From contig MZGQ01000005.1 in the NCBI GenBank assembly GCA_002085115.1, positions 1,818-65,817 of the forward strand: a stretch of DNA of 64,000 nucleotides. Reading direction: 5' to 3'. Below the pieces are notes generated by a model that saw only the letters and a list, made by a program, of their open reading frames with translations, was not told the DNA's origin and did no database searches. The stretch's first letter is position 1. Each line of letters opens with the position of its first letter. Source of the stretch: Desulfococcus sp. 4484_241 (lineage in GTDB: Bacteria; Desulfobacterota; Desulfobacteria; Desulfobacterales; Desulfosudaceae). Both the position numbers and the translations under genes were made by a program. Shown here one piece after another: positions 54,859-64,000 of this stretch.

Positions 54859-55938
54859 TCACCTTATTTTCAACGTGCTCACCGCGACAAGCGCAAGCGC
54901 TATGGCTATTATCCAGAACCTCACGATTATTTTAGGCTCCTCCCAGCCCTTAAGCTCGAAATGGTGATGAAGGGGAGCCATACGAAATATTCTTTTTCCG
55001 CTGGTAGCCTTGAAAAAGCCCACCTGCAGAATAACCGACACAGTCTCAACAACGAAAAGCCCGCCGACAAGCGTAAGAAGCAGTTCCTGCTTGGTAATTA
55101 CAGCCACGGTGCCAAGCGCCCCCCCGAGTGAAAGCGAGCCGACATCGCCCATGAATATCTGGGCCGGGTAGGCGTTGAACCATAAAAACCCCATCAGTCC
55201 TCCTGCCAACGCCCCGCAAAGCACCGTTACCTCAGCGCTCCCCGGCACATAAACCACCTGAAGGTACCTGGCGATTATCACGTTTCCCGCAACATATGAA
55301 AACGCCATATACGCCACGAAAGATACAACAAGAGGGCCGGCTACCAGGCCGTCCAGCCCGTCTGTAAGATTGACTGCGTTCGAAGCACCGACAATGACAA
55401 GTACTCCAAGCAGGATATAGAAACCGCCCAGATCCGGGGTGACCCTTTTGAAAAACGGCACCAGAAGAACAGTATCAAAGCCGGAGGTCCGAACGATAAC
55501 AAAGCATAAAACCACGGCAAGCAAGCTCTGAAGCAGAAACTTGGCCCGTGCGGAAAGTCCCTTGTTCCTCTTTTTTATCTGCATCAGATAATCGTCCGCA
55601 AATCCTATTGCGCCGAATCCTGCAAGCGATGCGACAACTATCCAGACGTAAACGTTTGTGAGATCAGCCCACAGGAAGCCGGAAAGCAGCACTGAAAAGA
55701 GTATAAGCAGACCTCCCATGGTAGGTGTCCCTGCCTTCTTCTGGTGCTGCTGCGGTCCCTCTTCCCGGATATACTGGCCGATCTGCAGCTTTGCGAGAGT
55801 CCTGATTGTGTAGGGCCCAAGCAGGAAACACACCAAAAAGGCCGTAAGGCTTGCGTATATCGTTCTGAAGGTGATGTACTGAAACAGGTTCAGAAACGAT
55901 ATCTTTGTGTGCAGGGGGTATAACAAATGGTAAAACAT
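54859..55938 (-). CDS. mraY: Phospho-N-acetylmuramoyl-pentapeptide transferase
   Basis: 359 aa. [41 protein letters not shown]. Confidence 0.96.
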   Translation of the reverse strand: MFYHLLYPLHTKISFLNLFQYITFRTIYASLTAFLVCFLLGPYTIRTLAKLQIGQYIREEGPQQHQKKAGTPTMGGLLILFSVLLSGFLWADLTNVYVWIVVASLAGFGAIGFADDYLMQIKKRNKGLSARAKFLLQSLLAVVLCFVIVRTSGFDTVLLVPFFKRVTPDLGGFYILLGVLVIVGASNAVNLTDGLDGLVAGPLVVSFVAYMAFSYVAGNVIIARYLQVVYVPGSAEVTVLCGALAGGLMGFLWFNAYPAQIFMGDVGSLSLGGALGTVAVITKQELLLTLVGGLFVVETVSVILQVGFFKATSGKRIFRMAPLHHHFELKGWEEPKIIVRFWIIAIALALVAVSTLKIR

Positions 55939-55941
55939 ATG

Positions 55942-57423
55942 TTACCTGTCCTCTCCCTTAGTGCAACCGCCGTCGCCCAAGGCCAAAAGGTCTGAAACAA
56001 CGGACTCCATGCGCATTGCCCTGGACCCCTTCACAAGAACCCAGTCACCATCACGAAGCACCGAACGCAGACAGTTCACGATTTTGTCCTTGGACCCGGT
56101 AATAATTTTTTCAGGCGCCATGCCGGCGGATACAGCTCCGTCAGCCACGGCTTTTGCAAAATCACCAGTTGCGCAGATCATATCAACACCGCTTTCCACC
56201 GCCACGGCACCTGTTTTTCCGTGCATATCAGCCGCGTGATCCCCAAGTTCGAGCATGTCCCCCATAACAAGTATCCCGCGGCCATCCCCTTTTAAATCGA
56301 TCAACCCGGATATGGCAGCCGCCACAGATGACGGGTTGGCGTTATAGCTATCATCAACAACTGTAAAACCGGCCCTTGTGTTTCTGATGGCCATTCTTCC
56401 AGGCACCTGGACGAACCTTTCAAGCCCGGCCTTTATCTCCTGTGCCCCGATACCAAGGGTGCAACCAACGGCTGCCGCTGCAAGCGCGTTTGAGACCATG
56501 AACATACCGGCGCACGGCAGCCTTACATCCACGCGTTCACCGCTTTCCCGGATAAAAAGCTCAAACTCCAGCCACCTCTGACCTCTTTTCACCGAAAGTG
56601 CACGGACATCAGCCCGTTTTGACAATCCATAACCGATTACCCGGCACGACGCCCTGTCCGCCATGCCTGAGACCAGCGGATCATCGAAGTTCAAAACCGC
56701 AACACCACTCTCCCTGTCCAGCGCTTCCAAAAGCGTCCCCTTTTCACGGGCCACACCCTCAACACTCCCAAGGCCCTGAAGGTGCCCCGGGCCAACGTTC
56801 AGGACAACGCCTATATCCGGCTCACAAATTTCTGCAAGGGCCGCTATCTCGCCGGGAGAGTTTGTGCCAAGTTCAAGTATCGCAAGTTGGTGCTCCATTT
56901 CCAGACGTAAAAGCGTGAGGGGAAGGCCGATCGCATTATTAAGATTACCATGCGTGGCAAGTACTCTGCAGGCACGGCCACACACCGCCTCGGTGATCGC
57001 CCTGGTAGTTGTCTTGCCGCTTGTACCGGTTATAGCGACAACTTTCGGCCCCACTATCCTTCGCCTGTAACGGGCAAGACGCCCAAGCGCCACTGTTGTA
57101 TCTTCCACTGCAACGCACACCGCACCACGGGATTCGAGCATGGGCATCAATGCAGGTGCGCCGGAATGCTCTACAACTACACCCCGGACACCCTTCCCGA
57201 TCACCTCGGCCACAAAATCATGGCCGTCATGACGTGTCCCTTTTATCGCCACAAACAGGTCCTTTTCTTCTATCAGCCGGGAATTTATGACGATCCTGTC
57301 AAAGTGCGTCTCCCCGCTTCCAGACAGCAGCCGTCCCTCCGCGGCCCGGGCCACCTCGGCAGCCTTCCACAAGAGATCTGGAGTCATCCCTGCATCCATA
57401 TTTTCACACTCTACATGGCACAC
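55942..57423 (-). CDS. murF: UDP-N-acetylmuramoyl-tripeptide--D-alanyl-D-alanine ligase
   Basis: About 490 aa. AITGTSGKTTT. Synteny. The start may be 57423, 57399 or 57387. Confidence 0.92.
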   Translation of the reverse strand: MCHVECENMDAGMTPDLLWKAAEVARAAEGRLLSGSGETHFDRIVINSRLIEEKDLFVAIKGTRHDGHDFVAEVIGKGVRGVVVEHSGAPALMPMLESRGAVCVAVEDTTVALGRLARYRRRIVGPKVVAITGTSGKTTTRAITEAVCGRACRVLATHGNLNNAIGLPLTLLRLEMEHQLAILELGTNSPGEIAALAEICEPDIGVVLNVGPGHLQGLGSVEGVAREKGTLLEALDRESGVAVLNFDDPLVSGMADRASCRVIGYGLSKRADVRALSVKRGQRWLEFELFIRESGERVDVRLPCAGMFMVSNALAAAAVGCTLGIGAQEIKAGLERFVQVPGRMAIRNTRAGFTVVDDSYNANPSSVAAAISGLIDLKGDGRGILVMGDMLELGDHAADMHGKTGAVAVESGVDMICATGDFAKAVADGAVSAGMAPEKIITGSKDKIVNCLRSVLRDGDWVLVKGSRAMRMESVVSDLLALGDGGCTKGEDR

Positions 57424-58979
57424 ATTCGCCCCTTTTGACGATTTTCCAGCTCTGACAGGGCTTTTACAGCTTCCACGCGGTCGTCAAAATCGATAATCCT
57501 GTCCCTGAATATCTGGTATGTCTCATCGCCCTTGCCTGCGATAATTATTACGTCGCCGGGCATTGAGGCCATAACGGCACACTTTATGCCAAGGCTCCTG
57601 TCCGGCTCTATGATGTAGCGGTGGTTGCCGGAAGTATTGTGATCGTTCAATTCCGACAGCTCGTATACTCTTTGCGCACTGTCCTCCATTCCCTCCACAA
57701 TATCATTTATAATGGCGTCCGGGTCTTCGCTCCTTGGATTATCAGACGTAACAACAGTGATGTCCGCCTTTTCGGCCGCTATTTTTCCCATCAATGGGCG
57801 TTTTTCCCTGTCCCTGTCACCGCCGCAGCCAAATACACAGATCATCCTTCCCGTACAAACATTGCCCAGGGCATCAAGCACATTGGCCAGGGCATCGGGT
57901 GTGTGCGCATAGTCCACGAACACAAACCTTTCTGCATTGTTTACAACCCTCTCGAGCCGTCCCGGCACACCACCAAACATCTCAATACCTGCCTTAACGG
58001 TATCCAGAGCAATACCCAGCGCTACACCCACACCAAACGCGCACAATATATTCTCAAGATTATATGGCCCTGCAAGCGGTGAAAAAATGGAGACACTACC
58101 CTCAGGTGTTACAACAGTCGCATGTATTCCGGCAGGATCGTATGTGACTTTTTCAGGATACACCATGCATGTGTCAGAAAAGCCAACACTTACGCTGTTG
58201 GAACCGGAAAGCTCCCCGAAAAGCTCAACCCCACGCGGGTCATTGCAGTTTATAACGGAAACGCCCTTTTTACCTTCGGCATAGGGCCCGGCAAACAACA
58301 GCTTCTTGCATTTCCAGTAAGAATCCATGTTCCCGTGAAAATCGAGGTGATCCTGCGTAAGATTGGTAAACACCCTGACATCAAAACTGCATCCTGCCAC
58401 CCTTTGCTGGGCAAGCCCATGGGATGACACTTCCATTACAACGTGAGTGGTGCCGCTTTTCTCCATCATGTCCAGGGTTTTCTGAAGCTCGACCGACTCC
58501 GGTGTAGTAAGAGGATTGGCAAATCTTTTCCCCGCATACCTGAAGTTTCCTGTGCCTATCACACCGACAGCGAAACCGGCCTTTGCCAGCACACTCTCGA
58601 TCAATGCGGATGTGGTTGTTTTCCCGTTTGTTCCCGTTATGCCTATCATGACAAGCCTGGATGCCGGTACGCCGTAAAACGCACTTGACAACAGGGCAAG
58701 TGCAGCCCTTGAGTTCGTGACCCTGACAACCGGAGCATCGACCTTGACATCTCTCTCGGCGACTACGGCAGCGGCTCCTCTCCCGACCGCCTGTGATGCA
58801 AAATCGTGGCCATCGTTCCTGCTTCCCCTGATTGCGACAAAAAGGCCGCCCGGCAAAACAGTGCCCGAATCGTAATGGATAGAGCGGATCTCAGGATCAA
58901 AAGGCGCGGCACCCGGCCTTATCACATCAAGCACGGAACATTCTCCCGAAACCGTCTTAAGCAGCCTGGAAAGCTTCAC
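57411..58979 (-). CDS. murE: UDP-N-acetylmuramoyl-L-alanyl-D-glutamate--2,6-diaminopimelate ligase
   Basis: 522 aa. GITGTNGKTTT, VDYAHTPDAL, and a DNPR motif (TSDNPRSEDP). Confidence 0.94.
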   Translation of the reverse strand: MKLSRLLKTVSGECSVLDVIRPGAAPFDPEIRSIHYDSGTVLPGGLFVAIRGSRNDGHDFASQAVGRGAAAVVAERDVKVDAPVVRVTNSRAALALLSSAFYGVPASRLVMIGITGTNGKTTTSALIESVLAKAGFAVGVIGTGNFRYAGKRFANPLTTPESVELQKTLDMMEKSGTTHVVMEVSSHGLAQQRVAGCSFDVRVFTNLTQDHLDFHGNMDSYWKCKKLLFAGPYAEGKKGVSVINCNDPRGVELFGELSGSNSVSVGFSDTCMVYPEKVTYDPAGIHATVVTPEGSVSIFSPLAGPYNLENILCAFGVGVALGIALDTVKAGIEMFGGVPGRLERVVNNAERFVFVDYAHTPDALANVLDALGNVCTGRMICVFGCGGDRDREKRPLMGKIAAEKADITVVTSDNPRSEDPDAIINDIVEGMEDSAQRVYELSELNDHNTSGNHRYIIEPDRSLGIKCAVMASMPGDVIIIAGKGDETYQIFRDRIIDFDDRVEAVKALSELENRQKGRMCAM

Positions 58980-60739
58980 CCGGTCACCTCCCGCTCCTTT
59001 GACACCATGAGGCCCCCATCCTTGCCCAGTCCCCTGTCCGGGGGGACTCCCAGGTAATTCAACACCTCGTAAGCTATACGCCTGAAGGCCGGCGCAGCCA
59101 CCACACCGCCGTAATAATTTTTGGATGGTGAATCAAGCACCACCAGAACCGCTATACGCGGGTCACCGGCCGGCACAAACCCCATAAATGAAGCTATGAA
59201 CCGGTCATCCGTATATCCACCGTTATCGGCCAGCTTCTGGGCCGTGCCTGTTTTCCCGCAAACCGTGTATCCACTCATCGATGCCCTGGCACCTGTTCCA
59301 TCATCCTCGGTAACCAGTTCCATGATGCTGCGTACATTATTGGCGGTCTCTTCTGACATAACACGTCTCACCGGCTCAAAGGCGCAGCTCCTGATGGTTT
59401 TCCCGTCAGGGCCTACCACTTTTTTCACGACGTGCGGCCTTGCCAGTATACCGCCATTCGCTATGGCAGAAAGGGCTGTGACAAGCTGTATCGCTGAAAC
59501 AGCGACACCCTGGCCGAAGGATATGGCGCCGGTATCTATCGCCGTCCACCGTGAGTAATCGGACAGGATTCCTTTTGTCTCGGCAGGACATTCGATACCG
59601 GTTTTTTGCCCGAATCCGAACCTGCGCAGAGTTTCCCACAGCGACTTTTTGCCAAGGATCTCGCTTATTTTCACCGCCCCTATATTGCTTGAGTACTGGA
59701 CGATCTGGCGCAGCGAAAGCCACCCGTGCGCGCTTGAATCGTGTATTAAATTGTTAAAAATCCTGTAAGCCCCCTCCTCGCAGAAAAAAACACTGCCCGG
59801 TGTGCATACCCCTATATCCAATGCACCGGCAACAAGAAACACCTTCATTGTTGACCCCGGCTCAAACGCATCGGTCACCACCCTGTTGCGCCACAGTACC
59901 CTGTCATATGCGGAAAAATTATTGGGATTGAAAAACGGATAGTTGACCATCGCCAGTATCTCACCGGACCTGGGATCCATGACGACCGCCATCCCCGACC
60001 CGGCCTCGTATTGCTCGGCTGTCTCTTTTAACACCGTTTCCGTTATGCACTGTATGGTACCGTCAATCGTAAGTACCAGGCTGTTACCGTTGATCGAGGC
60101 TTCTGAAAGAGAATCTGCGTAAAAGCTTCCCCCTGTAGCGTCCCTCACAACGGTTCGCCTGATGGATTCACCCTTGAGTTCCCGGTTATACTCGTATTCA
60201 AGCCCCTCAAGGCCGTTACCGTCGACACCGACAAAACCGATCACCTGCGCCGCAAGGGTCCTGTTTGGATAAACCCTGTCCTGCTCTGGAACAAACTCCA
60301 CGGCCTTTTTAAGGCCCAGCGCCCTCACAGCCTCCACCTCGGAAGATGAGACATGACGCTTGAGCCAGACAAACGGCCGGTTTGACAAAAGCCTGCCTTT
60401 CACCAAAGCCGTCTCCATCCCAAGCGCAGCTGCAAGTTTTACCGCTGCTTTGTGCTTATCCCTGACATAGGCCGGATGCAGCCCGATCGATTCTGTATCT
60501 ATGGTAACAGCCATCTCCATGCCGTTCCTGTCATATATGGTCCCGCGCTTGCCGGTTGTCACATAGGTTTTCCTGTATTCCCTGAGGGCACGCCGTGCAA
60601 GAACATCGTCATGAAAAGCCTGGATATAGACAGCTCTTGCAACCACCGCAAGGTAGAGCAAACTGAAAAAACACCCGACAAGCAATATGCGCAGCCGGAC
60701 CCTTCTTCCATCTGCCTTCTTTTTTCTTGTAATGTTCAT
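58976..60739 (-). CDS. ftsI: Penicillin-binding protein 3 (peptidoglycan D,D-transpeptidase FtsI)
   Basis: 587 aa. N-terminal TM helix, STMK (FEPGSTMKVF), SSN (YSSNIG), KTG (CGKTGTA). Confidence 0.93.
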   Translation of the reverse strand: MNITRKKKADGRRVRLRILLVGCFFSLLYLAVVARAVYIQAFHDDVLARRALREYRKTYVTTGKRGTIYDRNGMEMAVTIDTESIGLHPAYVRDKHKAAVKLAAALGMETALVKGRLLSNRPFVWLKRHVSSSEVEAVRALGLKKAVEFVPEQDRVYPNRTLAAQVIGFVGVDGNGLEGLEYEYNRELKGESIRRTVVRDATGGSFYADSLSEASINGNSLVLTIDGTIQCITETVLKETAEQYEAGSGMAVVMDPRSGEILAMVNYPFFNPNNFSAYDRVLWRNRVVTDAFEPGSTMKVFLVAGALDIGVCTPGSVFFCEEGAYRIFNNLIHDSSAHGWLSLRQIVQYSSNIGAVKISEILGKKSLWETLRRFGFGQKTGIECPAETKGILSDYSRWTAIDTGAISFGQGVAVSAIQLVTALSAIANGGILARPHVVKKVVGPDGKTIRSCAFEPVRRVMSEETANNVRSIMELVTEDDGTGARASMSGYTVCGKTGTAQKLADNGGYTDDRFIASFMGFVPAGDPRIAVLVVLDSPSKNYYGGVVAAPAFRRIAYEVLNYLGVPPDRGLGKDGGLMVSKEREVTG

Positions 60740-61032
60740 GGGACCACAACCACCTGGCCTGTTTCAGGCATGACCATACCCAGCCTGTCCTTTGCTATCT
60801 TCATTATCCTGGCCGGCGACCGGAGCCTTGCAAGCTCTATCTGCAACTCCTTATGCCTTTTTGCCAGGGCCCTTCTTTCCTCCATGCCCCTTGCTATTTC
60901 ATAACGCATGCTTGAACACTGGATGCGAAGCCAGACACAACCGAACACCTCGGCGATAAAAAGCAGCACTATTGCAATCCATGCGGCAAGGATCACGCTT
61001 GTACGTTTCTTTTTTACTTTTTTAGTGACCAT
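60736..61032 (-). CDS. ftsL: Cell division protein FtsL
   Basis: About 98-aa bitopic protein (TM helix ILAAWIAIVLLFIAEVFGCVWL followed by a coiled coil). ATG at 61032, 7 nt after GGAGA. Synteny between rsmH and ftsI. Confidence 0.8.
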   Translation of the reverse strand: MVTKKVKKKRTSVILAAWIAIVLLFIAEVFGCVWLRIQCSSMRYEIARGMEERRALAKRHKELQIELARLRSPARIMKIAKDRLGMVMPETGQVVVVP

Positions 61033-61048
61033 ACAGTTCTCCGCACGG

Positions 61049-61987
61049 CTAAAGTTTTTCAGCGACCCTGAGTTTCGCACTTCGCGCCATTGGATTTGCC
61101 TTTACCTCCTCCGGTGAAGCAACCAGTGCCTTTTTCGTTATGATCTTGAACTCCTGTTGCTTATTGCACGCGCACACCGGCAGATCCGGCGGGCACACAC
61201 ACTTTTTCTCCCAAAACCTCATCTTCTGCTTCACCATCCTGTCCTCAAGGGAATGAAAGGAGATGATGCAAAGCCTGGCACCCTTCGCAAGACAGGACAC
61301 CACCGATTCCAAAAAGATGCGCAGGTTTTCAAGTTCTCCATTCACCGCTATCCTCAGTGCCATGAACACCCTGGTGGCAGGATCTGTTTTACCCTTGTGC
61401 CTTTGTTTTGCCGGGTATGCTTCATGCACTATGCTGGCAAGCTGTCTGCTGGTCTCAACCGGTCCGCACGACCTGGCCGCAACCAGGCGTCTCGCTATTT
61501 TGGCGGCATACCTTTCTTCACCGTACTGTCTGAAAATTTCTGCAAGCTTCTCTTCGCTCTCCCTGTTTACAATGTCTGCCGCGGTCAAATCCTGGCTGGT
61601 GTCCATTCTCATATCAAGCGGCTCATTGCGCATAAACGAAAAGCCCCTGCCGCTTCCGTCTATGTGGTAATAGGAAAGCCCCAGGTCAAGCAGAGCGCCG
61701 TCTATCAAATCTATTCCAAGACCGGAAAGAACGGCCGGAAGGTTTGCAAAATTGTCGTTGACCAATATCACGCGTGAGCCGAAGGAAAAGAGAACAGATT
61801 CTGCATTTTTCAACGCGTCACGGTCCCTGTCTATCCCGATTAACAAGCCTTCCGGAAGTATCCGTTCCGCGATCGCCCTTGCATGGCCGGCGCCGCCAAG
61901 TGTACAGTCCGCAATCACCTTACCCTTTGAACAGTTGAGGTGCTCAATCGTTTCCCGAAGCATTACCGGTGTATGGCGGTACTGCAT
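61049..61987 (-). CDS. rsmH: 16S rRNA (cytosine1402-N4)-methyltransferase
   Basis: 312 aa. HTPVMLRETIEHL, DCTLGGAGHA, LLDLGLSYYH, SFHSLEDR. Confidence 0.95.
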   Translation of the reverse strand: MQYRHTPVMLRETIEHLNCSKGKVIADCTLGGAGHARAIAERILPEGLLIGIDRDRDALKNAESVLFSFGSRVILVNDNFANLPAVLSGLGIDLIDGALLDLGLSYYHIDGSGRGFSFMRNEPLDMRMDTSQDLTAADIVNRESEEKLAEIFRQYGEERYAAKIARRLVAARSCGPVETSRQLASIVHEAYPAKQRHKGKTDPATRVFMALRIAVNGELENLRIFLESVVSCLAKGARLCIISFHSLEDRMVKQKMRFWEKKCVCPPDLPVCACNKQQEFKIITKKALVASPEEVKANPMARSAKLRVAEKL

Positions 61988-61989
61988 GC

Positions 61990-62427
61990 TTAAAGTCCCA
62001 GTTTCTCTATTTCATTCTGGAAATCCTCATCGTCCATATCGTCTTCATGAAGTTTTTTCTGCTCTTCCCATTTTTCGCGCGACCAGATCTCAAAATGATC
62101 CGATATGCCGATAAGCACTATATCCTCGACAAGGCCCGCATCCTGGCGAAGCTCCGGCGGGATCAGGATACGCCACTGCCTGTCCGGCTTGCACTCAGAT
62201 GCCCGGCCAATAAAAAACCTCCTGAACCGCCGCATCCTGTTGCCTTTTTTTTCCAGCATTACCAGCCTGGATTCAATCCTTGACCACTCCTCCAGCGTAT
62301 ATGCGTACAATCCCCCCTCGAAAAATGTTATCATTGCCGGACGGTCGCCCAGCACATCCCGGAACCGGGAAGGGACAACGATCCTGCCCTTTGGATCGAT
62401 TTTATGATATGAAGTCCCTCTAAACAT
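61990..62427 (-). CDS. mraZ: Division/cell-wall cluster transcriptional regulator MraZ
   Basis: 145 aa. MFRGTSYHKIDPKGRIVVPSRFR ... DRQWRILIPPELR (two SpoVT/AbrB-like DXXXR halves). Confidence 0.95.
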   Translation of the reverse strand: MFRGTSYHKIDPKGRIVVPSRFRDVLGDRPAMITFFEGGLYAYTLEEWSRIESRLVMLEKKGNRMRRFRRFFIGRASECKPDRQWRILIPPELRQDAGLVEDIVLIGISDHFEIWSREKWEEQKKLHEDDMDDEDFQNEIEKLGL

Positions 62428-62431
62428 TCTT

Positions 62432-62488
62432 ACCCCACTTTACTCCACTTTACGCCCCCAGATTTACATCTTCCAAACCATGTGTCAA
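62432..62488 (-). promoter_or_regulatory. Candidate dcw promoter (TTGACA-N16-TAAATC with an AT-rich upstream tract) and three MraZ-box-like direct repeats
   Basis: The minus strand reads TTGACA(62488-62483)...TAAATC(62466-61)TGGGGGCGTAAAGTGGAGTAAAGTGGGGTAAGAATG. GTAAA(G)TGG(G/A)G recurs with a period of 10-12 nt right up to the mraZ ATG. Confidence 0.5.
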
Positions 62489-62735
62489 GAAAAAAATGAT
62501 TTATTTTTTAATAATTTATAACCAAATCGAACCGGAGTTATCTACCGCCGGACATTCCCATTTTCCAAAACAAATCCTGGATAACCCCGGCATAAACTCT
62601 GCAGCTTGAAAAAAACCGGAAATTTTTCTGTTGTAAAAAAAGGCCAATCCCCTGTAAATTGGCCCGGATGTCCCGGGCCTGATCGGCACGGGGCGGTTGT
62701 CAACATTTTTTGGACCGGGCAAAAGAGATGTAATC

Positions 62736-63722
62736 ATGGATAGTTGCGTCAAGGCATTGGGACTTTGTTCAGGCGGGCTGGACAGTATGCTCGCCGGTCT
62801 TGTTCTGAAAGAGCAGGGAATAGATGTCAGATGGATAAGCTTTGAAACGCCATTTTTCTCGGCAAAGCGCGCCATAAGTGCATCAGAGCGTTTAGGCATC
62901 CCTATAACGGTAAAAGACATAACACCGGAATACATCCCTATGCTGAAAAACCCTCCCTGCGGATATGGCCAGAACATGAACCCCTGCATGGACTGCCATG
63001 CCCTGATGTTCTCCATAGCCGGAAAAATCATGACAGAAGAGGAGTATGACTTCATGTTCAGCGGAGAGGTCGCCGGACAGCGCCCATTCTCACAGACCAA
63101 GTCTTCCCTGCGCTATGTTGCCAGGCAGTCCGGGTTTGACGGCTACATACTGCGCCCGCTTAGCGCCTTGCTTTTGCCGGAAACGATCCCGGAGCAGAAA
63201 GGCCTTGTCAACAGAAATAAACTGCTCGGCATCTCGGGCCGTTCCAGAAAACCCCAGATGGAGCTTGCAGAAAAATTCGGGTTAACAGACTATCCATCTC
63301 CGGCCGGGGGATGCCTTTTAACCGAAAAATCGTTCTCGGCGCGCCTGCGTGACCTGTTCAACTTCCAGGAATCCTACACGGAACGTGACTTTCACCTGCT
63401 TCGTTACGGCCGCCATTTCCGGCTGTCCCCCCAAAGCAAGCTGGTAGTTGGAAGAACAAGGCAGGAAAACGAGCAGCTGATGGAGCTTGCAAAAAACGGT
63501 GACATCTGCATTCTCAAGGTAAAGGATTTCCCTGGCCCTACAGCACTTTTAACAGGTGAAAAAACACACGGCATACTGATGCTCGCGGCCTCCATCTGCA
63601 TAGGTTACAGCAAGGCCCCGGGCGATGAACCTGTATGCGTTGCCGCCAGATCGGGCGGCAACGTTAAAAACATCACGATGATGGGAATACCCCCGGCCAA
63701 GGTACGCCACCTGATGATATAG
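62736..63722 (+). CDS. PP-loop ATP-pyrophosphatase-family protein (ThiI/MnmA-like tRNA thiolation-type enzyme)
   Basis: ATG at 62736. ALGLCSGGLDS (SGGXDS PP-loop), NPCMDCH, RPLSALLLPE. About 328 aa. Divergent from mraZ. Confidence 0.6.
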   Translation: MDSCVKALGLCSGGLDSMLAGLVLKEQGIDVRWISFETPFFSAKRAISASERLGIPITVKDITPEYIPMLKNPPCGYGQNMNPCMDCHALMFSIAGKIMTEEEYDFMFSGEVAGQRPFSQTKSSLRYVARQSGFDGYILRPLSALLLPETIPEQKGLVNRNKLLGISGRSRKPQMELAEKFGLTDYPSPAGGCLLTEKSFSARLRDLFNFQESYTERDFHLLRYGRHFRLSPQSKLVVGRTRQENEQLMELAKNGDICILKVKDFPGPTALLTGEKTHGILMLAASICIGYSKAPGDEPVCVAARSGGNVKNITMMGIPPAKVRHLMI

Positions 63723-64000
63723 AAAACATCCAACCCCGCTATCCGTTTTTCCCCATAAGCATCAAAAATTTTCATGAAATATCCGGGTTTACTATTGCCC
63801 AAAACCGGTTTTTGGAAGCATAATTGATAAAGGCAGCCTGTTTTTAATTTTAGAGTTGATAATAATAAATTCAAGTAGTTATTGATTAAAGAGGGCTTTT
63901 TCGTTTTATTTTGGGCAACAATGCTCCAGATTAATTCTCTTGGCCAAACGTTATTTTCAAATATACATTAAACAAACGATCAAACAATATCCAGGGCCTG

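Noticed and set aside
1-64000. I looked for CRISPR arrays, IS elements or transposases, integrases, phage modules, toxin-antitoxin pairs, retron or DGR reverse transcriptases, rRNA genes and further tRNAs.
   Set aside because: No spaced direct-repeat array was visible by eye. No ORF has a DDE, tyrosine or serine recombinase or reverse-transcriptase signature. No other TTCGA-type T-arm context was found. This negative result comes from manual reading only and should be confirmed with dedicated tools.

Overview
This 64-kb chromosomal window most likely comes from a sulfate-reducing Desulfobacterota (delta-proteobacterial) genome. I hand-translated the left edge, and it carries dsrM and a partial dsrK.

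Gene content, left to right:
- An RNase II/R-family nuclease and an amino-acid permease fused to USP domains.
- A minus-strand cassette: GntR regulator, glycyl-radical enzyme (GRE) fused to its radical-SAM activase, and a tandem split-barrel flavoprotein.
- A 1233-aa secreted NHL/FN3/transglutaminase/TPR protein with a small secreted partner.
- A plus-strand operon: radical-SAM gene, four-subunit 2-oxoacid:ferredoxin oxidoreductase, and hemW.
- A tRNA-Sec gene (selC) that I folded by hand.
- Siroheme/heme genes (AhbA/B-like, hemC, cobA-hemD) and selA.
- An ADP-forming acyl-CoA synthetase translationally coupled to a PPTase.
- lpxC and argS.
- A complete, colinear dcw cluster (mraZ to ftsZ) with no ddl.

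I found no CRISPR array, transposase, integrase or phage gene.

The most unusual locus is the GRE cassette. The GRE and its activase form one uninterrupted reading frame. The GRE is also split by a perfect 28-bp tandem duplication. The downstream flavoprotein gene carries a separate 1-nt frameshift.

Other signals not explained by the coding genes:
- A 41-bp intergenic element present twice (36/41 identical), upstream of selA and upstream of an FAD-disulfide oxidoreductase. The base substitutions between the copies preserve a 6-codon mini-ORF.
- A 73-nt, roughly 26-bp hairpin between convergent genes.
- A second perfect tandem duplication (26 bp) downstream of ftsZ.
- MraZ-box-like repeats at the dcw promoter.
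- A GntR-type palindrome.
- An AT-rich palindrome/direct-repeat operator upstream of the NHL gene.

All calls rest on reading the sequence and recognising motifs. No database search was run.
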